DNA of 64,000 nt from Octopus vulgaris (Eukaryota), in contig OX597835.1 in assembly GCA_951406725.2 (NCBI GenBank), positions 39,618,001-39,682,000 of the forward strand. Reading direction: 5' to 3'. The position numbers were made by a program, and so were the translations under genes. Numbering within the stretch: the stretch's first letter is position 1; the number at the start of each line of letters is the position of its first letter. The notes under the pieces are model-generated. The model made no database searches, was not told where the DNA came from, and worked only from the letters and a program-made list of their open reading frames with translations. Below, piece after piece: positions 1 through 13,090 of the stretch.

Positions 1-187
1 AGGAAAGCAGTGAATAATTACGAAAACAAGGACGGAAAAAAAACAACGGAGAATGTTACACAAATACAAATAAGAGGACATAACAACAGGTGCCTTTCGA
101 CAAAAGACGAATTAAATTAAGCTGGTGTGTGTGGAAATAAAGCCGTGCAGCAGATATACAAGATTTCACAGGGAGGAATAGAGATGT

Positions 188-234
<47 letters not shown>

Positions 235-367
235 ATATAAGTACATGACGCCACCAACTGTAAACAACTTGAAATACGAAAAAAGCGAGTTAAATATGCA
301 AACAACGAGAGAAAAATTGAAAACAGGACAAGTAACACAAAGAACGATGCTTTATATATATATTTAT

Positions 368-492
368 AGTCGCAGGAGTGGCTGTGCGGTAAGTAGCTTG
401 CTACCAACCACATGGTTCCGAGTTCAGTTCCACTGCGTGGCATCTTGGGCAAGTGTCTTCTGCTGGTAGACGGAAACTGAAAGAAGCCCGTC

Positions 493-524
<32 letters not shown>

Positions 525-912
525 GTATGTGTGTGTTTGTGTGTCTGTTTTTGTCCCTCTAGCATTGCTTGACAACCGATGCTGGTGTGTTTACGTCCCC
601 GTAACTTAGCGGTTCGGCAAAATGAAATACGAAAACAAGACGGAAACTGAAAGAAGCCTGTCGTATATATGTATATATATGTATATGTATGTGTGTGTTT
701 GTGTGTCTGTGTTTGTCCCCCTAGCATTGCTTGACAACCGATGCTGGTGTGTTTACGTCCCCGTCACTTAGCGGTTCGGCAAAAGAGACCGATAGAATAA
801 GTACTGGGCTTACAAAGAATAAGTCCCGGGGTGGATTTGCTCGACTAAAGGCGGTGCTCCAGCATGGCCGCAGTCAAATCACTGAAACAAGCAAAAGAGT
901 AAAAGAGAATAA
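368..912 (+). mobile_element. tRNA-derived SINE family A (CR1-type tail), with internal partial duplication
   Basis: Head cgcaggagtggctgtgcggtaag...gagttcagttcc (A/B-box-like), internal (TA)/(TG) tract, tail ggcggtgctccagcatggccgcagtcaaatcactgaaacaag. More than 10 related copies in the window. Confidence 0.85.
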
Positions 913-984
<72 letters not shown>

Positions 985-1039
985 TTATATATGTGTATAT
1001 ATATATACATATATGTATATTTTATGTTTTATTGCTTTA

Positions 1040-1413
1040 TCAGTTTCAGCTCAAATCTGTGGCCATCCTGGGGCACAGCCGTTTTCCTACACTGTTATTA
1101 TTGAGGGCCTCCTCTGCTATGTGGCATTTGGTGAATAAGTGAGTTTGATGTCGCTACCCTCATTTGCACCTCCTGCCGCGAGATAGGTTCACCTGGAACT
1201 CTCAACAGGAAGAGATACAGTTTTAATTTGAAAACACCGACATCCACTTTGTATGGGTTTCTCAGGTTCTTTGAGAGAATACTAAAAAGCTGTGGTCCCC
1301 TGAAACCCAGGCTGTTACAATAACTGGTTCTGAAGCGCGACGGTATTGCTGAGTTCTTTGGCACTGTGCAGTGGCGACCTGTTCCGGCGTTTGTGTAGCT
1401 TTCAATGCCAAAT
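1040..1413 (-). mobile_element. CR1-type LINE 3' fragment
   Basis: Peptide FGIESYTNAGTGRHCTVPK...FRGPQLFSILSKNLRN...FKLKLYLFLLRVPGEP is homologous to 48325-48648. Shares the 3' tail. Confidence 0.85.
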
Positions 1414-1927
1414 ACTAGCGGTGACACTGGCCAAGCCTCCGCAAATATATATATTTACAGTGAAATCTATTCACTGGTCACCGTAATTAGAAATATTGAA
1501 TTTCTAAATGTCTCATAGAGACGTGAGCGGTGGTGGAGCGATAGAGTGGTTGCATAATGTCAACATAATGTGACGGTGACCAGTAAATAGATTTCACTGT
1601 AAATATATATATTTGCGGAGGCTTCGCAAGTATCACCGCTAGCGGGGACTCGCTACCCTGGACTGATGACGGGCAAGACCCAGAAACATGCATGTCTTCA
1701 GGTTGCTAGTGCTAGCTGGTGGGGGTGCTTGCCTCCTCCTTTGCAAGTATAAGGACACAGGAAATGTGTCAAAGCCGACAGGAAGCGTCGATGCTTCCTA
1801 GGACTATATTGCGGTGGTGTAATTCCCTTTACGGGACCGTAACGTCATGTTGACATTATGCAACCACTCTATCGCACCACCACCGCTCATGTCTCTATGA
1901 GACATTTAGAAATTCAATATTTCTAAT
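1414..1927 (+). mobile_element. Hammerhead-bearing retrozyme/PLE-like non-coding element with inverted head-to-tail junction copy
   Basis: Monomer ~1572-1927. 1414-1484 is the reverse complement of 1572-1643, and 1485-1567 is the reverse complement of ~1847-1927. Contains an HHR at 1657-1702. Confidence 0.7.
1657..1702 (+). ncRNA. Minimal type I hammerhead ribozyme motif
   Basis: cctgga-CTGATGA-c-ggg-caaga-ccc-a-GAAAC-atgcat-GTC-ttcagg: stem I (cctgga/ttcagg), conserved core, stem II, palindromic stem/loop III (acatgcatgt), GUC cleavage triplet. Confidence 0.75.
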
Positions 1928-1937
1928 ATATATATAT

Positions 1938-2003
<66 letters not shown>

Positions 2004-2058
2004 CGGAGATACTTGCATAGTAAGTGACCTGATCTAAGATCATGTGCTGGAACGAAAA

Positions 2059-2246
2059 GAATTGCAGCGTGGAAGGTGTTTATAAGGCATTTAAGAAATA
2101 CACAAAATCCGGAATTTTGTCAGTAAACAGGTCGCGGTCTCAAAGCGACGAAAATATTTTGACAAATTAAATTTAAATGTTAAAGTGAAACTAACGGTTT
2201 TTGTGTGTTTCTTAAATGGCTTATAAACACCTTCCACGCTGCAATT
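2059..2246. repeat. ~50-bp inverted repeat (PLE-like inverted junction) between (TA)n tracts
   Basis: aattgcagcgtggaaggtgtttataaggcatttaagaaatacacaaaa vs ttttgtgtgtttcttaaatggcttataaacaccttccacgctgcaatt. Confidence 0.75.
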
Positions 2247-2668
2247 GTTCATATATATATATAACATTGTTTAGAGAACAAACATCAAATTCGAGTCAAC
2301 GGCCTTCCTTATATCACACCACGCTTCCATACATTTGTTCATATATAAATATTACCGTGGCCTTTAACATAAAGGATACATATATTAAGAACGCAGAAAG
2401 TAAAAAAATATATATGCAAATAAAAATACAAATATATAGAACAGCCTCTCAAGAAGGTATATGCAATCGATTAAAAAGTTTAAAGCGTGCCATGCGACTA
2501 AAAATCTAAATAAAATAAAATATCAATCGACTAAAAAAAGAGAGAGAGTTCCACAAAATCAAGACGTTTTTCAGTCTCAATTTCAGTTGAGCATTTCATT
2601 TTTTGCAATCTTATTAACCATTTTGTCTCCATAAAAAGAGGCAAAAATTATTTCTTGTCATATATATA

Positions 2669-2850
2669 GGGAGAGTTTACGAAAAAAACAAAAGACGAAG
2701 ACAGGTAGTGTACAAAACAAACAGATGTATTAGTATAACGCTCAGGAATAGAAAAAGTCTTTTACGTTTCGAGCCTACGCCCTTCTACAGAAAGGGACAC
2801 AGAAAAAGCAAGGTGAGAAAAAATGTGTGTAGTGGCTAACGATATATCAT
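2669..2850 (-). mobile_element. Short PLE-like repeat with variant hammerhead motif (copies also at ~3058-3245 and ~35917-36093)
   Basis: Three colinear ~180-bp copies adjacent to (TA)n. Minus strand reads cttt-CTGTNGA-a-gagc-gtag-gctc-GAAAC-GT(A/T). Confidence 0.65.
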
Positions 2851-2872
2851 ATATGTGTATATATATATATAT

Positions 2873-2926
<54 letters not shown>

Positions 2927-2931
2927 TTTCC

Positions 2932-2973
<42 letters not shown>

Positions 2974-3267
2974 AATTTCAAATAGTTTATACTTATCTTT
3001 AAACAAATAAAGATAAAGTGGAGCCAGCAAACGTAACCAAATGGGCAAATATATAGTTGGAATTTACAAAAACACAAAAGAAAATATGAAGACGGGTGTG
3101 TAAACAACAAACAAATGTGTTAGTTTAACGCTCGGGAAGTGAGAAAGTCATTTACGTTTCGAGCCTACGCTCTTCAACAGAAAGGAACACAGAAATATGC
3201 AGAGAGAGAAAATAAAAAAAAGGTTTAGTGGCTAGCGATCAATCAAGGTACAATATGCACCTACTTA

Positions 3268-3497
3268 AGGCGGTGACCTGACAGAAACGTTAGCATGCCA
3301 GGTGAAATGCTTAACAGTATTTCGTCTGTCTTTGTGTTCTGAGTCCAAATTCTGCCGAGGTCGACTTTGCCTTTCATCCATTCGGGGTCGATTAAATAAG
3401 TACCAGTTATGCATCGGGGTCGATGTAATCAACTTAATCCCTTTGTCTGTCCTTGTTTGTTCCCTCTATGTTTAGCCCCTGTGGGCAATAAAGAAAT
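3268..3497 (+). mobile_element. SINE family B (tRNA-like head, central gcctttcatcctttcggggtcgataaa..agtaccag domain)
   Basis: Colinear with copies at 10183-10415(-), 15345-15578(-), 17626-17856(-), 22355-22766(+), 26307-26520(+), 33365-33556(-), 40420-40620(-), 41375-41593(-), 42525-42725(+), 45570-45942(+) and 55775-56000(-). Confidence 0.85.
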
Positions 3498-4033
3498 ATA
3501 TATGCACCTGCTTGCTAGAAAGAAAAATTAAAACTCTCCAAAGTTACGCACCTCTCACTCAATGTAAGCATGCACGGAGAATGTAGTAAATATACTAAAG
3601 AAATAACTGTCGTCCCCATCACTAAAACTACATTTAAAGCCCTGACCTTTGCCTATTTGGTTATATTTACTGGCCACTTCATCATTATTGTCGTATAATG
3701 ATAACCTATTTGAATTTTGAATTTATAGTTGCTCGCTAATGTTCGTTTGAAAGTTGCGGGGAATGGTAAGTATATTTTTTTTAATAATTTACGTAGAAAG
3801 CCTAGTTGATGAGCTTTAGGTATCAATTCGGCACAGAAAGCGAAATCAAGTGATACTGGGATATCTATCCTCCTCTTTGTAGTTTTGCAAATGGGTAGGA
3901 CTGTTTCTTTTTAGTATATTTGCTACATTTTCTGTGCGTGTTTACATATGGTGATATGTGTACGGCTGAATGGCTTTGGAGAGTTTTAACTCTTCTTTCT
4001 AGCAAGTAGGTGCATATTGTACCATGACTTTAA

Positions 4034-4130
<97 letters not shown>

Positions 4131-4167
4131 CCGATAGAAAGATAGGTAGATAGACAGAGAGTTAGTT

Positions 4168-4221
<54 letters not shown>

Positions 4222-4230
4222 GTAGGTAGG

Positions 4231-4327
<97 letters not shown>

Positions 4328-4372
4328 TGTTTGATTGATTGATTGATTGATAGATATACAGACAGACAGACT

Positions 4373-4422
<50 letters not shown>

Positions 4423-4440
4423 TAGACAGATAGATAGATA
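4034..4440. repeat. Compound (GATA)n/(GACA)n microsatellite
   Basis: Direct reading. Confidence 0.95.
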
Positions 4441-5397
4441 TGTTTCTTTATTAGCCACACAGGGCTGTACACAGACGGAACAAATTACAAGGTAGAGCTT
4501 TTCTTTTTAGGGATAAAAAAAGGGGGTTTGGTTTTCGATCAAAAGGGATCGTAAAAGGAAAGAAAGAGGAAAGCAAGAAAAACAGGGGGAATAGATAGAT
4601 AGATATGTGTTGGGCAGGTGCATGCACGTGCTTTTGTTTGCATAGAATTTACAGATGTTATGTCAGACTAATTAGAAATATCTACGAAGCTTTACCCATT
4701 CGCGATGACTACGCCGTAGTTTGGGGGAAATATAGGTCCCTGACGAGCCTTTTTGACGAGGGTTACTTGGAAAGTATACATAATATCAGATGTTTATAGG
4801 TATTTGGTAGGTTGCGTGGTTCCTCCGACCCCCTCTGACCCCAGGTAGATGTGTTAGGGGCTTGTGGAGGAAGGGATAATGAAAGGTGTGGGAAGGACGA
4901 GTGTTCTGTTTCGTGTCTTGAAAGTGAGATTTTGTAGAGACTGAAAGTTACACCTAACATCTGTATGGTTTAGGACTGTCGCAGAATCAAGAGAAGGTAT
5001 TGGTGGTGGTGTTGGTGATGGTGGTGGCGGCGGTGGCGGAAGTGGTGGTGGTGGTCGTCGTCGTAGCCGTTGTCGTCGCCTTGAAGTGCTCATAATGATG
5101 TAAAAATAATGTAAAAATGCAAGAATTTTCTTGAGTGTTTTTTGGGCCCTTAAAAAAGGAAAACTTATTAAAGGTCGTTTGTTGTCAGAAAGTAACAGTA
5201 AAATATTTCAAGTATTTAGTATCTGTGTGTATACCCCTATATAAACTTGCATATAAACTTACCTATGTATTCATGTGTATGTGTATATATTTTTGCATGT
5301 ACATGCCTGTATATTCATGCACATACATACATATGTATGTATATACGTACATATGTGTGTGTGTGTATCCATGCATACATACATATATATATATATG

Positions 5398-5428
<31 letters not shown>

Positions 5429-5451
5429 CTATATATATACATACATATCTA

Positions 5452-5488
<37 letters not shown>

Positions 5489-5561
5489 CAAAAGAGGGAG
5501 TGGTGTTTCCACGCAGGAAAAAATATATAGGAAAATGTGTTATAGGTTACATGTCGTTCTG

Positions 5562-5952
5562 TTGAGTAAGCTTTTAAATTCTGTGAGTTGCTCAATGTTA
5601 TGTGGCCAAAGGATGAAATAGTCATCCAGGTAGCGTTTCCAGTTGGTAAGTAGGTATTTTGGGAAATTTTCTCCAAATTTTAATCTTGCGTGTTCGTATA
5701 TTTGGACTTCCAAGTATGCTATGACAAGGTTGGCAAAAGTAGGCGCTACCCTTGTTCCCATCGCCGTACCCGATTTTTGTCTATAAGTGTTTTCGTTGAA
5801 ATTGAAAAAGTTGTTTTGTAGAATGAACCTTATTCCTTCAACGATGAATTCTTTTCCGATTCTGTCAGGAATGTTATTTGGGAATTTTTCCAGCCAGTAT
5901 TGTATGGCTATTATTCCGTATTCGTGAGGAATCGAGGTGTAGAGGTTTATTA
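5562..5952 (-). mobile_element. Penelope-like element reverse transcriptase fragment
   Basis: NLYTSIPH...FILQNNFFNFNENTYRQKSGTAMGTRVAPTFANL...WKRYLDDYFILW: PLE RT motifs (LYTSIP, GTAMG, RYLDD). Confidence 0.9.
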
Positions 5953-7214
5953 CTCGATGTAATATTATAACACAAACATAAGATACTGACGTCACCCATC
6001 TCCAGTCCAATGAAATTCCACCAACACCAGTTGCTGGCGTCACATAATTCCAAACCAATCGAAACCGCACTTCAACAAATACATCAAAAAAGACCCTTTA
6101 AGAAAACCAACCAACCGGAACGACCTATAACCGTATCCTGCAAAGAAAACAACCAAGCAGAACGACAAGTTTGACCACGTCATCAATTTTTTAACGAATC
6201 AAAATCAGATCCGCTCGCAGAAAAAAATTCATAAATACATCTTTCCCTAAAACATACCATTACATGCGGAACTGACTGTTTAAAGATCTGTGAAACCGTA
6301 ATTTCCCCTTTTTTTACTATTTCAATTTTCACACTTTTTTTCAGTATGACTTGTCGACCACCACTAAAATTAATGAACCTTGTACATTCTAACAAATTAA
6401 TATACAGTTTTAATTTCAAACTTACACCTTCTGTTTTGAATATGATATTTTATCAACATTGAAATATTTTAATTTTATTTTGATTTGTCCACATTGAAAT
6501 TCATAACGATGGTTTTACACTTTTACCATTGATAAATAAAAATATTGTTGAAACTAGTTTGGTACATATGTAAATCGATGTATTTTAAATATTCAAGAGT
6601 TTTTTAAATTTAAGCGCATTTTCAGCAACACATTTACCCATATATATATTTGGTAGACGGAAACTGAAAGAAGCCCGTCGTATATATGTATTTATATGTG
6701 TGTGTGTACGTGTGTGTGTATGTTTGTGTGTCGGTGTTTGTTTCCTTAACATCGCTTGACAACCGATTCTGGTATGTTTTCGTCCCTGTAACTCAGCGTT
6801 TTGGCAAAAGAGACCGATAGAATAAGTACTTGGCTCGACTAAAGGCGGTGCTCCAGCATGGCCGCAGTCAAATGACTGAAACAAGCAAAAGAAGATATAT
6901 ATATATATATATATACAAACACATACATGCTTATATACATACACATGTATATAACCAAGAACAGAAGCACATAGACAAAGACACACCGACACACAAACAT
7001 GCATGCGAACACCGAGAAGATAAACATACACTAAACACCTGAGAGAAAAAAAAGGGAGAGGAGGTAATAAATAAAACTATTTAAGGTTAATGGAGAGGAA
7101 GTTGGACATATGGTTACGAGAAAAAACAGGAGTAATAGGACTAAAAAAATGAGTGTATGTATATTTGTGCCAATGCACGAAACTTGAGTCACTCTGCTAC
7201 TTATGCTAAATATT

Positions 7215-7299
<85 letters not shown>

Positions 7300-7448
7300 G
7301 ACGATGGAAACCAGAACCGTGGTCAGTTAGATTTGATTTTCCTTTTATAATAAAATTTCTTTGGACTTCAACAAGACCTAAAATTTATTCACTAAACAAA
7401 TTTTTATTCGAAAAGTCCTAAGTAGAACGTGATCACTTCTTTCTCTCT

Positions 7449-7537
<89 letters not shown>

Positions 7538-8689
7538 CTTTTCATTTTGTGTGTATGTATGTTATGTATGTAAAACTTACTTTGTGTAAACATACAGAAA
7601 TATATTTTCTGGAAAACTATTAGACACAAACATTTCTTGCGTGAAAACATATTTTTGTACTTATTTCTTTCATATTTACACAAATATATGGAGAAGAAAA
7701 CCAATTTACTCCACCTGTTACAAAATCAAACTTCAAACAATACATGTTGTGTGTGTCTGTATCCGTGTGTGTGAAAGCGCATGGCCTAGTGGTTAGGCGT
7801 GTCGCACACACGATCGTGGGATCCTTGTTTAGATAACCAGACCAGTTGCGCGTTGTGGTCTCAAGCAAATGACGTCACTGGACGTTGCTCCAGGCCACTC
7901 AGCCGTAGATGAAGTAACCCTGCCACTGACCAACCTTCTGATTTCTTATCATTGGTTAACGGATTTGATGCTATCATCAAAAGTTGTTATCGTAATGGTG
8001 GGGATTATGGAAATAATAGTTGCAGTGGTGGTGTTAATGTTGTTGCTGGTGGTGGTGGTGGTGGTGGTGGTGGTGGTGTTAATGTTGTTGTTGTTGTTCT
8101 TGGTGGTGGTGGTGGTGGTGGTGGTGGTGGTGGTGGTTATGCTGTTGTTAATGGTGTGGTGATGGTTTTGTTGGTGATGGCTGTTTTGGAGGTGGTGGTG
8201 GTGATTGTTTACCCCCATATTAACCTTGACCAAACTGATCTACAAACGACAGCGTTCCAGCCGCGACTATCGTGTCATATTTCTTTGTACGAGGAAACTT
8301 GTAAGGAGTACTCTATCCAGAATTTAATTTCTTTAAAACTTTAAAAGGGGACTTGAGGGCGATTTGGTTACTAGTTCTTACGGATCGAGTGGCCATGTAA
8401 AGGCTCCGTGTTCTTCACAAGTGTTGATGCTTTAAAAGTTGTACCTGTAATTAACTAGGGTTTGCTCAACTACATTTTACTCCGGTTTGTTATTAGAAGG
8501 GTATGTTCAGATGTTGTTTAATCGCCTGTCAGCTCTGATCAAGCTGACCTGTGATAAATGCGTTCCAACTATGGCTATCCCAACCTAATTTCAAGCGCAT
8601 AGTGTACCTTGATCAACACTATTGAATATATCCTTTTATATGACAGTAGATAGTCCTTTGAAGTAGTGGGTAGCGATTTTCTTTACTAC

Positions 8690-9075
8690 TTCAAGGAGTG
8701 ACGACCCTGCCTGACACGAGTCCCGGGCTCAGCTGGCTCCGGCGGACAGTACCCGGTATGGGTCCTATCCAGGGTTACGGAAAGGAGACAACCTTCAAAG
8801 AAATCAGGAGTGGGGCCCCGTAGGCGGTTTAGCGTTAGTTTCGACACTCTTCTAGCAGCTCCTGCAACCAAGCTGGTGCCAAACGTAATGCTCTGCACTC
8901 CTTTGGACTACGTCAGAAAGGTCGAGAGAGGAATCTTGACGATTGGGCTACCCATGATTTTCTTACATCTAGCCCAGGCCTGCGCAAAACTGGAGAGGAC
9001 ATGAAATGTAAAAACCAGACTGGATTAGGTTATGCACAACCCCATTGTCTTCTGGGACAAAAGGATGCCAACAAC
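8690..9075 (+). mobile_element. Probable non-autonomous retroelement / RTE-related untranslated repeat
   Basis: GC-richer non-coding island interrupting an older repeat and ending in a short (AAC)n tail. Family assignment is inference only. Confidence 0.35.
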
Positions 9076-9379
9076 AATACAAAGATAGTCCTTTGAGAGA
9101 GAGATTTAGCTACTATTTTTAGCATGGTGAGAGGCCGACTGCGGAAACTAATTGTTTCATAACATTGTGACAGCAAGATTTGTTGAGTTGCTCTGAGGTT
9201 TTCTGATACTGGTTCACCGGTAACTATTTCTCTTCATTCATGAAGCTGTTTGCTGAGAACAGCATGAATGTCACACAATCACATTTTGTTCATATCTAAA
9301 ATTGTGTGCTTATTACGTAACTGATGAATCTTTATGTCAGCCACCAATTTTCTTTGCCTACTTTTTCTCAGACGTAGAG

Positions 9380-9497
9380 TCCTAAAGGACTTCAGGGCAC
9401 ATGACCATTTAACATCCTACTGCTATCATGGCACTCCCGCATTCTTCTCCTCCTCCTGCTCCTGCACCTGCTCCTGCTCCTCCTCCTTTTCCTTCTC

Positions 9498-9528
<31 letters not shown>

Positions 9529-9745
9529 TTCTTTTTCTTCTTCCCTGCCAAGAATTCACAATGACCTCGAACCCACAAGAGTAAACAAAAGAGGCAGAGA
9601 CAGGCAGAAACAAGGAAAATGCCCCTTGTATTTGAACACTATACAGATATCCTTTTAAAAAACTTTTCTTTTAATTTTTCCAAAATTTAATTGTCTTCCA
9701 TACTTACAGTTGAAGAAGTCTCAATAACGGAAACCGATACTGAAG
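9380..9745 (+). mobile_element. PLE 3' region/pseudo-LTR copy (inverted relative to 12811-13230) with hammerhead-like motif at 9707-9742
   Basis: Reverse complement of 12811-13230 (both give the MALPHSSPP...LPRIHNDLEP pseudo-ORF). Ends in cagt-TGAAGA-agtc-tcaat-aac-g-GAAAC-cg-ata-ctg. Confidence 0.75.
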
Positions 9746-10182
9746 TGATACATAAGGTCCTATCAGAGGCATCCGTCATTACATTATCTGGCTGGATTCC
9801 TAAGCGTGACCAAATGATACTTTGGATATCATCCAACCGTCTTGTTCCCGGTCTACTCCTAAGCTTCCTGCTGGTTCGTTCGGCTTGAAGAATCCATTTT
9901 TCAATTCTCTTTTGCGCCATTCGAACCCCATATCTCACGTACCGGAGCTGTGACCTCTCATGCAGGAAAACACATCCAGTTACTACATGAACTGCAATAA
10001 AGATTAATCGAAGTTTCCATTCTGGAAGAAGATGGAAAGTGAAACACAAAAGAAAAGATAGCAACAGACAGGCAGAAAAACACAACTGCAGATTCCAAGG
10101 GGACTACAATTGCTGATACAACTTCTAGGAGAGCACCACCAGTTGCAGCTCCCAGAGAAGCCAAACCAAAAGCAAATAATAT

Positions 10183-10415
10183 ATGTTTCTTTACTACCCA
10201 CAAGGGGCTAAACATAGAAGGGACAAACAAGGACAGACAAACAGATTAAGTCGATTACATCGACCCCAGTGCGTAACTGGTACTTAATTTATCGACCCCG
10301 AAAGGATGAAAGGCAAAGTCGACCTCGGCGGAATTTGAACTCAGAACGTAACGGCAGACGAAATACGGCTACGCATTTCGCCCGGTGTGCTAACGGTTCT
10401 GCCAGCTCGCCGCCT
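10183..10415 (-). mobile_element. Full-length SINE family B with 20-bp target-site duplication
   Basis: aaaccaaaagcaaataatat at 10163-10182 and 10416-10435. Confidence 0.92.
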
Positions 10416-11166
10416 AAACCAAAAGCAAATAATATCGCCTCATCCTTTGTGCTACCAGTACAAAAGCACCACTCTGGTTAAGGACATAAAGAAACTGAGT
10501 GTGTCTTCTTGAAGCAAGAGAGAGCAAGAGGACTGAATAAATGCGGAGAAGAAACGACCTGAAGAAGAGACTCCTTGAACTCTGATTTACTCATTCTGTC
10601 GAGTAGCGCTGCTCCAAAAATCCTTCAGAAGAACCCCATTTTGATTGATTCTATTCGCATTCAAACTCTTTCAGTCAGTGAACCAATAAAGGAGACCATT
10701 CCATCTGCTAGAAATGGCAACGAAATCTCCCTTAAATGCAATCCTTCGTTCTCACAAAGAAAACACGAGGGGACATATGACATAATCTACCCATAAAAAT
10801 AAACATTTTTTGTTGTGCAGACGTTTAGCCGCCATAGCCAAGACTATGCTGGAAGATTGCTCTCAGACGGTCACGTGTGGAACGCCTTTGATAATAGGTG
10901 TCTTCTATTTGACAAGGAAGACGAGAACAGTAATCTTTATTTCACCAACATCAACGAGGCAGCAACGTCACAACATCCCAAATTCCACACAAAACACCAT
11001 CTTTCTGCCATTACCAACAAAGACATCACCACCACCACCGCCAACACCAATGACTCCTTCCAATTAAAAAAGATACATATATATAACTAAATCACACAAG
11101 CTTTCATATGTCTCTGCAAGAAGAAACAATTATTGTTTTATTGTTTGGGAAAATAATCTGGTTCGT

Positions 11167-11193
11167 CAGCCATTTTGGTTAAAAACCGGAAGT
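11167..11193. promoter_or_regulatory. Adjacent YY1-like (GCCATTTT) and ETS (CCGGAAGT) motifs
   Basis: cagccattttggttaaaaaccggaagt in unique sequence. Motif match only. Confidence 0.3.
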
Positions 11194-11739
11194 ATCGTGT
11201 TTCATGGCCGAATCTCCGTTTTGATTAAAACTTTATATTAAACACCACCGATCGCCCTATCTACTTTGACCTCTGTCTCTCCCCAGGATCATCCGCCCGC
11301 CTTCCCGTTCCCCCCTATCATTTACTTGGAACCTACTTAAATACAGATGTTCTCCGCGCTAATAGCTTTTAAAAGGCGGTTCATTTACCAAGAAATAGAA
11401 ATAATATAACAAAATAAATAATTTAATAGAGATAGAAGCTGTCTGAAATAATTGATAGATTTAACTATCAGTTTAACTTTCTTTCTCTCTCTTTATTTCC
11501 TCTTACCCCCTGTCCCCCCCGTTCTTTGTCTCTCTTTCACTTTCTCTCATACAGACGCCTTCACTCTACCAATATTTCTCTCTCCCCCCCCCTTCTCTCT
11601 CTCTCTCTCTTGCTCACTCCTTCTCTCCGCCAATTCTTGCTCAATCATTCTCTCTCACCCCCCCCCCGATATTCGCTATTTCTCTTTCCTTTCTCTATCT
11701 CAAATTCTATCACTTACTCCCCTCGTTTTCTCTCTATTC

Positions 11740-11824
11740 ACACAGACAGACATACAGACACACACACACACACACACACACAAACCCACACACACACGCA
11801 CGCACACAAACACACACACACAAA

Positions 11825-11856
<32 letters not shown>

Positions 11857-11956
11857 GAAACAAACACTCACACACACAAACACACACACACAAACACACA
11901 CACAGAAACAAACACTCACACACACAAACACACACACACACAAACACACACACAAA

Positions 11957-12006
<50 letters not shown>

Positions 12007-12049
12007 AACACACACACACACTAACACACACACACAAACACACACGCAA

Positions 12050-12080
<31 letters not shown>

Positions 12081-12210
12081 AACACACACAATCACACACA
12101 CACACAAACACAAACACACACACAAACACACACACACATACACACACAAACACACACAAACAAACACACGCACACACAAACACACACACATAAACACACA
12201 CACACACACA
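11740..12210. repeat. Degenerate (CA)n tract
   Basis: Direct reading. Confidence 0.95.
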
Positions 12211-12321
12211 TGCAAATACAAACATATGCACGTGGATGAACGCGCTGACGCACGCACAGTATCAAATATACGCCACCCTTCTCTCTTTCCCTCGTTATCT
12301 TTTTCCCCATCATACACACCC

Positions 12322-12354
<33 letters not shown>

Positions 12355-12463
12355 TAAACACGCCAACATACACACTCCCTATCTTTTACATCTATACACA
12401 ACTCTTTATGACGTTCTGCTTCTATCTATTGTTTTCACACTAACTTCCTGTTCCCTATATCTA

Positions 12464-12561
<98 letters not shown>

Positions 12562-12639
12562 GATACAGACATATATATGAATATATATACATTTCTGGGT
12601 ATCTATACATTCATCTCTCTGTCTCTCTTTCTCTCTCTC

Positions 12640-12767
<128 letters not shown>

Positions 12768-12810
12768 AAAAAGTCAGGAAAATGCTAAAATAATTTTATA
12801 AAAATCAATT

Positions 12811-13039
12811 CAGTACCGGTTTCAGTCATTGAGACTTCAACTGTAAGAATGGAAAACAATTAAATTTTGGAAAAATTAAAAGAAAAGTTTTTAAAAAGAA
12901 TATTTGTATAGTATTCAAATACAAGGGGTATTCCCCTTGTTTCTGCCTATCTCTACCTCTTTTGTTTACTCTTATGGGTTCGAGGTCGTTGTGAATTCTT
13001 GGCAGGGAAGAAGAAGAAGACGAAGAAGAAGAAGAAGGA

Positions 13040-13090
<51 letters not shown>

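Noticed and set aside
1-345. Possible PLE pLTR fragment (similar guesses at 14200-14300, 23890-23937, 26160-26260, 45250-45470 and 59810-59900)
   Set aside because: Resembles the PLE-type repeats in style, but any HHR cores are truncated or too degenerate to support.
4460-4990. Possible PLE N-terminal region
   Set aside because: Stop-ridden with no diagnostic motif recognisable by eye.
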